DNA of 64,000 nt. It comes from Vicugna vicugna. Taxonomy: Eukaryota. Location: contig MU058781.1 in NCBI GenBank assembly GCA_013265495.1, positions 1,716,963-1,780,962 on the forward strand. The letters are read 5' to 3'. Shown here piece by piece: positions 35,365 to 48,465 of the stretch; position 1 is the stretch's first letter, and every line of letters begins with the position of its first letter. A model generated the notes under the pieces. That model saw nothing but the letters and a program-made list of their open reading frames with translations, did not search any database and had not been told where the DNA came from. The translations under genes were made by a program, and so were the position numbers.

Positions 35365-37250
35365 CATATTTTTTATTATGGAAAATTTCGAAATTCACAG
35401 ATGCAGAATGAGTAAGTCATACAAACCCTCTGGTTTCTAACACTGAACTTCAGAATCTTCAATATGATTCCCATTTGTGGAATCAGTTCTATTTCCTGCC
35501 ACTCTTGCTGGTGTGGGAGGAGGGCAGCACAAGCAAATCCAGAGTATCTCATATTCTGTCTCTAACAATTTCTAACAGATAGGGAGATTTTGTTTTAACA
35601 TAACCTCCAGACACTATCTTATCTAACAAAATTAACAACTCTTCAGGATCCTCTAATAGCCTCATCAATGTCCAGACCTCTCTCAGAAGTGTCTTTTTGT
35701 AAGTGATTTGTCTGAATCAGGACCCAGACAGGGTCCAGCTTGCACTTGTTTGACATGGTGGCTAGGCCCCTTCTAACCAGTGACAGGCTCCTTTCCTTGC
35801 TCCTGTTTTCTTTCATGTCTTGCACTTCTTTAGAAAAGAGGTCAGTTGTACAGAACTCCTGACAGTACGGACCTGGAATACGGTTTCGTCCTAGTGTTGT
35901 TTACCTTGTTTCTCCATCTGCCCCATTTTCTGTAAATAGTGATTAGACTTAGAGGCCTGACTGGATTCAGGTTTAAGGTTTGGGGCGAGAACACAGGTGA
36001 CCCTTGAACAACACGGGGGCCAGGGCGCCGGCCTCCGCACAGTGGAAAGTCTGTCACTGGCTGACAGCACCCCCTCCACAGCGCAGGCCCCCGTGTCCGC
36101 GGATTGCGTGGTACAGCAGTTACTTGTATCGAAAATCCCACACAGTTCAAGTCAACCGTGCTCCGTGGGTGCTCCATAACATCACACCCAGGGGGCCGTA
36201 ATTTCTGGTTGTTCCACTGAGACTCAGATGCACAGTGGGTTCGGGTGGCAACCACCTAATCCAGTCATTAAGTTCCCACCCATCTCCCTCCCCGCAGGTT
36301 CATTGCTTACAGATGATGGCTGCCTGGCTCCGTTACTTCACAAGAAGCTGTCAAAGGGTGGTTTGCAAGCTCTCTTCATACTTGGGCATTTTTCTTTTTT
36401 TTTTATGGAGAAGAATTCTTCCTCTTTAGTTATTCGGAAAGTCACATATGAAAGCCAAGATGTTTTGATTTTTTTCCCCTTTAATTTTTTTTTCTAGACT
36501 GAATTGGTGCTCTAGCAATTTTCAAAAAGCAACAATGAGGATTTTTTTTGCATCATCTTAAATTTTTTTTAATACGTCTAATATGTCTGTATTCTTTACG
36601 ATACTCAGACTGTCCCATCATTAGCTGTGGGAGCCCCTTCAAGGTGGCTCCTACATCTTCCCGTCACAACCCTACTATCTGGGGCGGCTTCCTTGCTTTC
36701 TGCCACAAGGTGGCCTGGATTCTTCTCATATACATTCCCACCCCCGAACCAGGAATCAGCCAGCTCTCTGAGGACCCTAAGCCCTTCTGGTTTGGATTTT
36801 ATTTAAAGAGCACAACCTGGGTATTCATTGCTGGGTTGTCGCAGACCAACCAGGCCTTTTCTGTAGACAGAGCTAAGAAATACATTTGTTTTTAGAAAGA
36901 ATAAAGTTAATTCTAATATTTCCAATTTGAATCTACGATTACTGGGTTTGAGTTTAACTTTTCAATAATCTCATCTATGATGTTTCAAATATGAGTTGTA
37001 ATGATACTAACATTATTATATACTTTATTCTAAGTGTACCTGTAACAGTCTCATAAAAAGCAGTATCAGTATTTTTATTAATAATAGCAGCCAAAAACTT
37101 CCTGAATACTGTTCAGCTATATCTCACTAGGGATGTGCAGTCAAAACACAGTGTCTAGAGTCACCAAAATAATTCTTCTTTGGGTAGTTGTGTTAACAAC
37201 TTAAGATATGGGTACATTATTCTAGTTTATTTCCAAGATTTAGAGGGGGG
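35365..37250 (-). mobile_element. Old L1M (L1MC/ME-like) relic hosting the Tigger2-type MITE
   Basis: 'tttttattatggaaaatttcgaaa', 'tgaatcaggacccagacagggtcc', 'gggagccccttcaaggtggctcct', 'ggaatcagccagctctctgagga'. Confidence 0.55.
35994..36158. mobile_element. Tigger2-derived MITE, copy A
   Basis: Starts CAGGTGACCCTTGAACAACACGGGG (Tigger2 TIR-like) and ends ...cagttcaagtcaaccg. Confidence 0.75.
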
Positions 37251-37767
37251 AGCTGCCTTGCTTTCTTTTTCAATTTAATTTTGTTTTATGCTTTTGTAAA
37301 AACACCTAGTGGGCCTGAAGTCAGATATAAGACAAGGTACGTTCAGAGAAGTCTAGCTTCCATCCCTAAACCCTCTGCCCTGTCCCCTCCCCGGAAAGGA
37401 AACCACTCTGGTAGCTTTTGGTGCATTCTGCTGTTGTTTCTTTCTAAGAACATGAGCAAACACACACATATGCACATCATTTCTTGCACAGAAGGCACTC
37501 TCCTATGAGCACGGTCTGCGGGCTGCTTTTTTCCACTTAGCTGTATCTGGTATCTTCTGTACCAGGGCAGAGAGCATCCTCGTTGCCCTTTGCAGAGGGA
37601 AGCTCTGTGTGGATGCGTCCTGGTTTGTTCATTCAGTCTGTTCCCCCCAGTAAGCACTTCCACGAGGGCAGGGGACTGCTTCTGATCTAATCCCAGCCTC
37701 CAACCCCATGTCTGGAAGGAGAAAGCCTCACATGTACAGGGAGAGAGAGCTACAGAGGTTGACTCAC

Positions 37768-37845
37768 CCGGATATCGGCCTCCCCTGCGCTGGTGAGAGC
37801 TTGACACTGCAAGTTGTAGCCTCCTTCCCAACTGGAGAGGATAAG
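37768..37845 (-). CDS. ELOVL2: ELOVL2 exon 4 (78 bp, phase 0-0)
   Basis: tggcag|CTT...CGG|gtgagt; encodes [26 protein letters not shown]. Confidence 0.97.
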
Positions 37846-39020
37846 CTGCCAAAGGAACAAGGAAGGGGGGAGTTCAGTTTTCATCCAAATTCTTGTGTTG
37901 GATTTCCCATCGTGTTTCTGACTGGCGTCTATTCAAGATTTGAGTTCTTCCCAGAACTGGAGTTGGACTCGACCCATTCTTGCTGTTGAACTGCTATCAG
38001 TGGTTACACTCCTTAGTTAATATAATCTACTTCTAACCTTTACATCTGCCAAAAGTAACAGAATTTAGCCATTGCTTGTGTAACACAGTGTTTTATGTAA
38101 GGAATTTATCGTAAGTTTCTGCAAGTAAAATGTAGAATTAAGTATAAACAAATGTGAGGAAACAGCATGAAAATTTTAATAATACTTTACACTGGCTTAT
38201 ATATAAAGATCTTAGTTGATCATCTCAATCATTTTTTGAAGTTTTTACCATTTCACAGATATGAATCCCAAGGCTCAAAAAGGTTCTTAAATCAAGTTCT
38301 TCATTGTATTTATGCTACGTGGTAGTCAGTCATTTGTGTGATTATAATTGATTAATGTCTGCTTTCCCCGTTATGCTCAAAAAACAAAAAGCTCCATAAA
38401 GTCTACGCCTCCTTTTCTGCTCATATTTGCATCTGGGTTCCTCGCTCAACACCTGGAGCGGAGACGTGCTCGGCGCTTTCACGATGGCGCATCTTGATGA
38501 CTGTATGAAAGTGGATTATTTGCTCTGGGTTACACGGCTAGAAAATGGTCCAGCAGTGACTGGACTCAGCCCTTCTAATTCCTTGTCTAGTGTTTCTACA
38601 TTATAAGAAGATGAACTTTCTTTGCAGAAAACTCTACAAAAGAAGTTCTCTTCTTTCTTTCCCACTATACTAAGAAACTTAAAATTCCAGAATATAAGGC
38701 CTTTGGCTTTGATTTACATAAGATATTACATGTAAATGCCTACAATTTTCTGTTGCTTATCAGAAATGTGTGAAGGTACAGAACTGTTAACATTCACTAG
38801 CAGAGCAGGGAGGGAGAGGCGTTAATGAATTGAACACTAAAAAGACATGAACTACTAAAAACCATGAGGATGTTTTAGAGCCTTTTCTCCAATATCCTTA
38901 TTTACTGCTCTTTCCTTCTAACAAAAACCTCTTGCAGTTAACATCACAATTACAGATTACCAGGATAAATGAATCCAGTGAAAGTTTAAAAGAGACTGAA
39001 CTTTCCAGATGGCAAGAACG

Positions 39021-39177
39021 CAGGTGTCGCTTGAACAACACAGGGGTCAGGGCGCCGACCTCTGCACAGTGGAAAGTCTGTGTCTGGCTGACAGCGCCCC
39101 CTCCACAGCGCGGTCCCCCCATGTCCGCGGATCGCGTGGTACAGCAGTACTTGTATTGACAATCCTGCATGTAAGTT
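39021..39177. mobile_element. Tigger2-derived MITE, copy B (direct repeat of copy A)
   Basis: CAGGTGTCGCTTGAACAACACAGGGGTCAGGGCGCCGACCTCTGCACAGTGGAAAGTCTG... Confidence 0.75.
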
Positions 39178-41099
39178 CACCTCGCCCCGAGCCCGTGGCT
39201 CCCTAGTGCCCGAGGGCAAAGGCTGTGCTCCAGAGTCCAGAACACCCCCTGCCACAGCACAGGGATGCAGAACCTATGTGTTGAAAGAATAATTCATAAC
39301 TGTAGTGTAGCTTCCTGGCCTGAGCAAACCTCTGGCCTGGGCATAACCAGTTAGCAAGGTTAAAGGAAGCTGTCACTTGACTGGTGTCTACTAAACATAC
39401 CCCAGTGGTGTCCAAGAGAAGAACCCTCGCCCTGAGAGAGGCTACAGTCAGGCGACCAGGAGCAATCCGTCAGCAGTGTGATTCTGCACCAAGAGACAGG
39501 CGTGTGGGAAGAGGGACAGCGGGCGGGCAGGGGCTGAAACCGGCCGTGGGGAAGGAGCTCCGGGCGGACGCTCTCCCCCAAACCGTGCGCCCAGCTGTTC
39601 AAACACTAAGCTGCTGTTCTTGTTCTGGCTGATGGTGCCTAATATTCGCCTGAAAATTTATGAGGCCTTTTCACGTTTACTGGCTGCTACCTGTGCTAGT
39701 CTGTGAGCTCTCCCAGTACAGAAGCCACATCCAGCCATCTCTGTAGCCCCGCAGCCGCACCCAGCAGGTACTCAGTGTAGGCTGAACAGGACTGACTCAT
39801 CCTTACGCTCCCGAGCCAGCAAGGTAGGACAGACACCATATTAAAGCCGAGCTGTCTAAGGTTCAGTGAACTTAAGTCACTCCTCTAGAGTTAGAGAAAG
39901 CGAAGAGCCGACACTTGACTTCGGGTCTTCTGACTCCACCTACATCAAAGCCTCCAGCAGGGACGAGTTTCCGACGTGGTCACACGTTCAGGCTCGCCCC
40001 TCGGCACGGCTGCTACTTCTGCGGACAGCCCAAGCAGGAGGAGCTGTCTCTCTGTTACACAGGGAGACACTAGCCCCATCAAATACTATCTTGCAAACAC
40101 ATCTAGGTAACTAAAATTTACCTAGTAGGGAACCTAAAATAAAAATTCCCGTTAGAGTCAGGTGAACTAGAGAACAGCCACGTGACGTGATTTCCAAGCT
40201 GTTGGCGTGGCTTTCCTGACCCCAAATTCCACCTCCTGCACTCTGATGCTTAAAATCCCACAATCAGATTTTCCTGACAGTCATTTCAGATAACAGTTAT
40301 GAACCATTATTAGAATGGTGCCTATTAGACTAGTGCACAGATTAATCTCCAAGGTGAGAGGGCCTGTATTTGGGGCAAGAATTGATTTCTGTGTGGACTC
40401 CAAGGACACCAGGAAGGCAGCAACACTTGTGCCACCATCAGCCACTGATCGTTTATATGAATGATTTTATCCTAACTTTTCCCTGAAAGGGTTTAGCTAT
40501 GTTTTAGCTCTTTCTCTCTCAAGCAGGTTTATTTAACACTTTGACATTTTCTCTTGTATTATAGTAAAATAAAACCTTTGGCTGTAGAGGCAGGGCAGTC
40601 ATTACTTGTTCTTTTCCTTGTAAAAAAATTTACCTGGGTTTGGCACGTTCTAAAGGAATAGGGAAGACATGATGCGACGAGAGCGGCTGTGGCCACTGGA
40701 GTGTCGCCCCAGACCTCAGAAGTCAGCCCTGAGGACACACGGTGGTCCAAAGCTGCGGGGAGGAGCCTTTAAGGGATGGTATATTTGCATTTCGGTCCAA
40801 CTAACTGCATTTGATATTTAATTTTAAAAATACTCGGTTCCAAAACAGCTGTGTATTCTCAGGCAAGTCAGGTTAACTTTTATAAGCCTCAGTATCATAA
40901 TCTACAGAAGGAGAAAAGCGGTAACATACGACCTTTTAAGGCCCATTCAGATTGAAACTGTGATTTTAAATTACAATGAAAGACTAAGGACTAAAGAAAT
41001 CGGTCTAAATTGGAATAAGAAAAATTCAAGTTAGAAACAAAGACTTCTAGGACTTTGGGAAGGAATAATATCAAATGCTGGAAGAGCTTCTTGAGGTTT

Positions 41100-41256
41100 T
41101 TTTTTTAATGATTATTATTATTGAAGTATAGGGTCTTTACAATGTTGTGTTAATTCCTGGTGGACAGCATTGTGATGCAGTCATACGTGTATATTCCTTT
41201 GCATATTCTTTTCCACTACAGGCCATTACAAGGTACTGAGTGTCGTTCCCTGCGCT
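41100..41256 (-). mobile_element. Short L1 3'-end fragment
   Basis: 'ttattgaagtatagggtctttacaatgttgtgttaattcctggtggacagcat'. Confidence 0.75.
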
Positions 41257-41363
41257 GTTCTGAGACGGTAGAGGACAGCACTGAGGCGACGGTGGACAGT
41301 TCCGGGAGCCCAGACGTAACTGCTTCTGGAAGTCGCTCAGGGGCTGTCCTGCTGCGCACTTAC

Positions 41364-41551
41364 CTCCACCAGCATGTACGCGGAGAGCAGTGTGATTCCA
41401 AGGTTGTACAAGGTGAGGACGCCCCTGAGGGGAAGGGCCGGTCTGTTCTTCATGTATTTGTTGCCCAGCCATATTGAAAGCAGATACAAGACAGTGAAGA
41501 GAAAGGTAGGAAGGCAGGAGTCCAACATGAACCAGCCTCTGACTCGAGCAT
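41364..41551 (-). CDS. ELOVL2: ELOVL2 exon 3 (188 bp)
   Basis: tttcag|AT...GAG|gtaagt; encodes (D)[62 protein letters not shown]. Confidence 0.97.
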
Positions 41552-43477
41552 CTGAAAAGAAACGCACAGTGAGGCTCGGGAGGAGCAGCGGTGCAGCCAT
41601 CGTGAGCCGCCACGCGCGACAGGGACAACGGCCCAGCGCAGGCAAGCTGCGTGTGGCTGATAGTTGAGGAGCAGCAGCCAGCAGGGGCTGGAGCAGTTAG
41701 GAAGATTCCATGGAACAAACGTGGCTTGAACTGGACCCTGTGTAACGGGGACAAGTGAGAAAGGCAGCACGCAATAGTTCTTCAAAGTCTAACTTGGGAA
41801 CAGCTACTGTATTTACTTGAACTCGATAAACACAAATGAGCTTACTGTGCCATTTTATGGATGTAAAAACAGCTCAGAAAGCATTAGTACTTAGAGAAGG
41901 CCACACAGTAGTTGGCAGCCGAGTCAGGATTTGAATTCACACCTGACTCCAGCCCACTTTACCTTGCCGCTGCCTCCCACCGAGAAGCTTTGAGTAGGCG
42001 GGAGAGAAGGCACATTGATACCGTCTTCTAACTCCTAAAACCCACAGTCCCCAGAATTTGCTTAGGATCATTGTGCAGAAACCAGGAATGGTTTTGAGCT
42101 CAGCTGATCCAAACGGAGCAGTGGGATTCCAGTAGGGCAAGCCTGACAAGCTGGAGACAGCAAAGGCAGAGCCTTGGCGCCGAGCACTCAGAACTGAGTC
42201 AACAGCTGTTGCCGTGAGCCGTGTGGTTGGTGGGATTTCACTGCTACGGGAAACTAGTAACACACATGGTCTACTTCCGTGCTTTCCAATCATCTCAGAG
42301 GTGTCAGTTTAACCTCCCAGCTGCGGCATATGCTCTGTGAGATGGACCACGTCTCACATTTCTCCTCTGTGTCACTTACAACTGATAACCACTTAGTGCA
42401 GAGTTGAAGAAGACTCACCAGATACGTAGCAACTGGCACATGGAGTCCAGCACATATTACCTAATACAGCACCCGAGGCTTTCCTTTTCTCTTGCCACGG
42501 TTCTGTAAATGCTGCCGTGGTCATTAGGGAGGGTCGTAACTGTTCCAACCAAAAGGTGGGAACAAATACTCATAACATTTATTATCTTTGGGACTTGAGA
42601 CGTTAGCTCCACATCTGGGTCAAGTATTTGCCCAGAACAACCTATCCTGATGGTACCAACACGGAGCAGGTCAAGTCAGAAAAGCCTCGGGGACACCTGT
42701 AAGTCCACCAGGTGGCCTCGGACCGCTGAAGCCTGGGCCACTTCTCAAAGGGGAAAAGGATTCTTGATGGCCTGGGGCGAGACTCCCTGTCACTGTGGAG
42801 GTCACCTGATCCAGCTGTCAACTGTCAATCTCACAATCTCCTTGCCGCAAAGGAAACGTCCATAAAAATGAGCGAAGCTAAGCAAACAACCGCAATCCTA
42901 TCCTTAGCTAATCCCCTAGCCACGTAATTCCAAGTCACGGTGTTCTTACTGACAGCAAAGTTCAGTGCGGCCTTGGCTCAGAGACACTGCTGGTTAACCC
43001 CCTAGTGGAAATGTCACGTGGAAAGCCAGCCGCCCAGAAGCCCCGCATGACGATGTTAGCACGCCAGGCCTCTGTGCTCCCTGCTAGAACTCAACAGAAC
43101 ACGTTAACTACGGCAGGTCACGAGCTATGGGGATCCCAGCCTGCCTGCCTCACAGGAGCCTCCCAAGGATAAACTGGAAAACAAAACAAAAACCAAAGAC
43201 AATGTGAAAATACATGATTTGTAAAGCTCTGACCAATCATAGAGCATCATTTCATCAAAACCATGCAAATAGTCATTCCCTTAGGGTAGTTTATGGAGCC
43301 CGTGTAGAAACTAGAGAGTGGTCTAAATACTCCCTAAATGATTCCGTTTAAGGATTCTGAGAAACAGGGAAACCTCATTCCCCACCTCCCCCAGTGATGC
43401 TGAGGAGACAACTTGCAGGTTTTTCACATCTTTGTGAACCAGAAAGACTCAAGGGAAACAAAACACGTTGTTCAGAA

Positions 43478-44060
43478 TTTATTCGTTTATTTGCACTATG
43501 TATTTATTTAAATATGTGCCTAATAGGTTCCTAGAACTGTAAGGGGCCCCGGAGATCCGTCATAGCTCCTGCGCTGGTGGGAGAAAGACCTATTAACAAC
43601 AACGAAGTACGTGAAGGAAATAAACACAGGCCGCACGGGAGAGTAAGGAGGGCCTGCTTTCGAGGGCCGATCTCTGGCGTCCTGACCAGGGAAAGCCTCA
43701 CTGAGGAGGGGACAGTGACACCTGGTGTGTGAGGGGGTAGGACTTAGTGGGAGGAACAGCATAGCAAAGAACTTGCCATATCTGAGGGCGTAAGAGGCGT
43801 CCAGGGAGTGAGGCCGAGGAGCACGGACTGTCGGACTGGACAGTACGGGGAACATGGTCCACGGTGAGGAGTTTGGTTTCTATCCTGAAGACACCGGGAA
43901 GACACGGAAGAGTCTTAAGCTGCAGTGCCACAGAACAGGATATAGACTTTGAAAATATTACTCCAGCTGACAGGTCACACATGATGAGAAAGGGGCCGAC
44001 AGGCTGGGAGGCCCTGTAGGGGCTGAGGGACCCGTGATGGCGGAATGACCTAGACATTCA
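43478..44060 (-). mobile_element. L2 relic
   Basis: 'ttattcgtttattt...aaatatgtgcc', 'accagggaaagcctcactgaggagggga', 'ggtgaggagtttggtttctatcctgaag'. Confidence 0.6.
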
Positions 44061-44493
44061 GAAGGACCGGAGCTGAGAAGCCAGAACTCGTGGCCCTGGG
44101 CAGAGAAAGTCACTCATCTTTACAGGGGATTTACCTAGACAGGGCAGGGGGAAGGCCGCGCATGACTGCGGGGAGGAAGTGGGAGGGATGGGCAGCAGAG
44201 GAGGAGAGGAAGCAGCAGCTTAGATGGAAGCTACTTCCGTCCTGGAGGCCAGAGATGCCCCTGGGCCAGTATCCACTGCACTCTGTTCACGCTCCTGCTC
44301 CCAGAGCTTGAACCCCAGAGAGGCTGAGTAGGAGGCACGAGGCCTCCGCATGTCCTGGGAGGTGGACATCAAATGGAGGGCGGGTTAAAGTCTCTGAGTG
44401 TTAAGTACCGTACCCTTTAAGACACCAGAAATGACAATCCTCTCTAACTCAGCTGTGTTCCCACCACATTAAGTTCTCAAGCAGCTCACTCAC

Positions 44494-44557
44494 CCCGAGG
44501 TCCAAACATATTGTCCAAAAAAGCATTGATTTCATCATCAAAGGCCTTTAGATGCTC
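44494..44557 (-). CDS. ELOVL2: ELOVL2 exon 2 (64 bp)
   Basis: tttcag|GAG...CGGG|gtgagt; encodes [21 protein letters not shown]. The initiator ATG is expected in exon 1, outside the window. 3+64+188+78+172+125+135+126 = 891 nt = 296 aa plus stop. Confidence 0.97.
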
Positions 44558-45844
44558 CTGAAAAGACAAAGAAAACAATGATTTCAGTGGATTTGGGGGG
44601 AATGACTCAAAACAAACCACTGCCAGTGACATGCAGTGGACAGAATCTCCAAGGTCCTGGCTTTGAGGGCTTTCAACTGCCAGGACTTAAGGAGAGCAGA
44701 CCTCCAGACTTCCGGAGCAGCTCCTCAAGCCAAGGCAGGAGAACACAGAGCACGTGGAGCACACCGTGCCCCCAGGAGAGGATCTTTGGCAAGCATCCTG
44801 GGCGAGTGGACTGGTCCCTGCCTAAATCTGAGCTGAGCAGGGCGGCCCTCAGGAAGTTCGTACAGAACATTCTCTATAATCAATAGCTGGACTGCAGTCA
44901 GAGCATCTTATTCTCAAAGAAAGAGTAAGTGCCAAAGAGAATTAAGTTACTGGCATCTGAGAAGATGTGCGCGTCGGCACTTACCACCTGCACCAGCCCT
45001 CATTCCTGACCTTGATCCTGAGAGAAATTTCAAGGAAACTTCAGTCTCTGGGAACTTGACAAAGCTTGGGAAGGAGGATGAGCATGAAAGACTAGCAGTT
45101 ATTAGCACCCACTATTTGCTGACCAGTGTCTTAGGACCTTTATTGGTTCATAATATCTCCACGAAAAGTATCTGGGCTAAACCAAGTTTGGATGTTTTTA
45201 TCTTTGGTCCCCATGATGGACATCTCAGGAGACCTCCAGACTGGAGAAAGGTCAGTTACCTAACATCTCCATGGGGCAGAATATTGTTTGTGTTGCCGCT
45301 GGAGTGGGGCAGACCCATCCAGAGCCCTCTCATTCCTGAGCAAAGAATGTTTACCTCGCTAACGTAACCCTCACCACTGCCCATAACAAACACCGGTGAA
45401 ATCCTCTTCATTGCCACATCCACCCACAATGTTTAACCTTTTCCGGTTTGTTTGCCAGGGTTCAAAATCCACTTTCCAACATCTGTAGATCTAAGAAAAC
45501 TCCAAAGGTCACAAAGCTCGTACTATTCTACTATCTTGCAGACATTTACTCACAGTGGAGACAAAGAGAAGCAAAAGAAAAGAGGGGAACATATGAAGAG
45601 AGTAGAGCATGAAAGAGATGAATATGAACGAATTCTTTCAGTCACTGATTTACTGAGTCACTAACCAGTTACCTGGACATTACTGTGTGCCAGCACCACG
45701 TCAGATGCTGAAACACGAGGGCCAGTGAGGCGTGGCCCTTATCCTCACACAGACAAGTCATCAGTGACTACGAACCATTTTCTTAAGTGTGATGAGAGAG
45801 GTTTACAGGGAGGTGCTGTAAGAACCAAGAGGAAGGAACTACTA

Positions 45845-46100
45845 GTCATAAAAAAGAAGGAAATCACGCCATTTGTGACAACATGGATGGACCTTGAGGA
45901 CACTGTGCTAAGTGAGTAAGTCAGACAGAGGAAAATACTGTATGACCTTATTAATGTGTGGACCCCAGAAGAAACAAAAAACAAAAAACAAAAACAAAAT
46001 AACCAAACTCATAGATACAGAGAACAGATTGGTGATTGTCAGAGGCAGGAGGTGGCGCGTAGGAGAACTGGGTGAAGGGGGTCAAAGGGTACAAACTTGC
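45845..46100 (+). mobile_element. L1 3'UTR fragment
   Basis: 'gccatttgtgacaacatggatggaccttgagg...caaactcatagatacagagaacagattggt'. Confidence 0.8.
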
Positions 46101-46527
46101 GAGTCCCAAGATGGTCCTCCTGGCTTCTGACTTGACGTGCTGGACTGATCACCACGTCCTCCTGCCTCAGTTGCCGTTTTCTGAGAGCACCCCGGACACG
46201 AGAACCATGAAGGGCACCTGGTTTCCGGCTGCCATGACGCTGACTGGGACTCAACATAAACCAGGGGCATATCAAACTGGAGGACACTTCCCGGTCTGTT
46301 CTTGAAGGCGTGAACGCTGATCGCTGTGGGGACCGCCTCATCCCAAACGCCTCGATGGCCCAGACCATCTGCAGCAAAGGCTGTCTTGCCATCGGATCAG
46401 AATCACCGTCACTGTGATTAAGGGCCATTCCACAGAAGCCAAGCCAGAAGCAAGGCAGAAATAAACCCACCACCCAAACTCTGCTGGGCTTTCTCTGGTC
46501 TCTAAATGATGGGACATCCGATGCTGG

Positions 46528-46650
46528 TTTTTTCTCTTCCTTTCCTTCTCCCCTCCCCTCCCGTCCCTCTTCCTTTACGTTCGTTCCTCATTCCCTTTCT
46601 CGCCTTCCATCCCTTCCCTCCCTCGCTCCCTCCTTCCCTCTGTCCCTCAT
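46528..46650. repeat. Polypyrimidine low-complexity tract
   Basis: CT-rich run seen directly. Confidence 0.8.
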
Positions 46651-48314
46651 TTATGTTTTAGGCACTTGATAGCTTTTAGTATTTATCTATCATGGGCATT
46701 ATGTTACATAAAAATCCAGTGATTTGAGCTCTTGGGTTGGTCCTATTTTGTTGATTTCATTTTACAGGACATTGTAAAGATACTTATTCAATCAGAATAT
46801 GTACCTATTTCCCACTGCCAACTCCCTTCCTCACTGCTTTTAAAAAAGAACAAAAGCCATTAAGATGATAAAACAGTTAAGTTGGAAGAAGGTATAGTAT
46901 CCAAATCCTTAAAAGAATTTCATAATAACCACAATGGTGAGCAATAATAATTAGCTCCTGTTTTTCAAACACTCAACATGTGCCAGGCATTTGATGGATA
47001 TTAGCTATAACTTTCACAAGAGCCATGCAAGTTGGGTATTTTTCCCAGTTTACAGACGTGGAAGCAGACTAAGCTCCAGAGTGGATCTGCCTTGTGAAAC
47101 TTGAAGGAAGTCCGGTAATGGCTGATGAGGGTTTCACACTGTCAGGGGGAAAGGCTTCGGGGCTGGGGCAGCAGAGGCAGGGCTCTTTGCACGGCGAGCA
47201 CTGTTCCTTGTGCGGGGGTCCATCTCCTCACACTGAGCGACCAAGAAACCAGAGGCTGATGGTCCTGGGTGAGCCTGAGTCTGTGGGCGGTTCCACTCAG
47301 TTAAGGAGAAGGAAAGGTCTTCTCCAGCACAGCAAGTGCTACCGCAGTTGGTTTGTGTGCCCCTTCCCCACGGCTCCTTCTCATCTCCTCCTGGGTGTCT
47401 GGTCAAACGGCAGCTCCTTTCTTGTTCCCCTGATGCGTCTCCCGGGGGCCTAATTACTAATCTCACCTAATTGCTTTGGGGCGTCCTGGTCCGTCTCCAT
47501 CCCTTCACCTGCTCCATGTATTTTGTCATCACACTTACCATTATGCAGATATTCACTGGCTGGTTAACTTGCTTACTGTCTGGGTCCTCCATCAAAACAC
47601 AAGACCCAGTAGGCCACATTATCCCAATTCCAAGAACCACGCCTGCCACCTAATGGGAACTTAATGCTTAGTGAATGGCCTGATGAAACTCTCATTGTTC
47701 TAAACCTTCACAGAACTCATTTGATACTAATTTCATATCACTTTGCATTCCTCGCTGTATTTTAATGTGCACAATCTGGTTTCCAGTATATTTTGAAAGA
47801 TCCTTAACCCTCTTTTAACACTTGGTATGTCATCAAGTTCTACTGGACCGAATTTTATTCCTTGAGGGTTTTTTTTTATTTTCCAGGAGATTCTTTCTTC
47901 CAAAAAACAAAGAAAAATTTGTCTATTTTAAAAGTAGAATTAAACTTATATTTTTTGCAATTAATGTGAGTCCAGTGGACCCTTTTATAAATCTAGGATA
48001 CACTGTGGGATCCCAGAGGTCTTATTTTTTCTGTATCTTAAAAGATTGTGCTGTTTAATCATCCTAGGAATTCTCACCAATACTCAGTCATTTCAATTTG
48101 TGCTAAAAAGAAAAATATTCGAATGTAAGAAAGATAGAATTGGCTAGAAGGACAATGCAGTAGTCATATAAGCCAGCATGATTGCCTCATCCTTCATTTT
48201 CATTCTAACCAAAGTAATGCATCACACTTTAAGAGGATATAAAAAAAAGAGATTTTTACAGCTTTTTAAAGATTTCACTGAACACAACTAAAAGTTTTGC
48301 ATGCTCTAGAGTTC

Positions 48315-48465
48315 TAATGGTCATACAGATCACCTGGGGATCTTGGCAAAGTGCTGGTTTTCACTCAGTTGGCCCAGGATGGGGCCTGAGAGTCTGCATC
48401 TCTCCAAGCTCCCAGGTGGTGTTGATGCTGCTGGCCCACAGATCACATCTGGAGTAGCAATGGTT
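48315..48465. mobile_element. MER5A-like hAT MITE
   Basis: 'atcacctggggatctt...ggggcctgagagtctgcatctctccaagctcccaggtggtgttgatgctgctggccca'. Confidence 0.75.

Noticed and set aside
41137..41785. 205-aa and 111-aa minus-strand ORFs
   Set aside because: Out-of-frame overlaps of ELOVL2 exon 3 extending into intron and L1 sequence.
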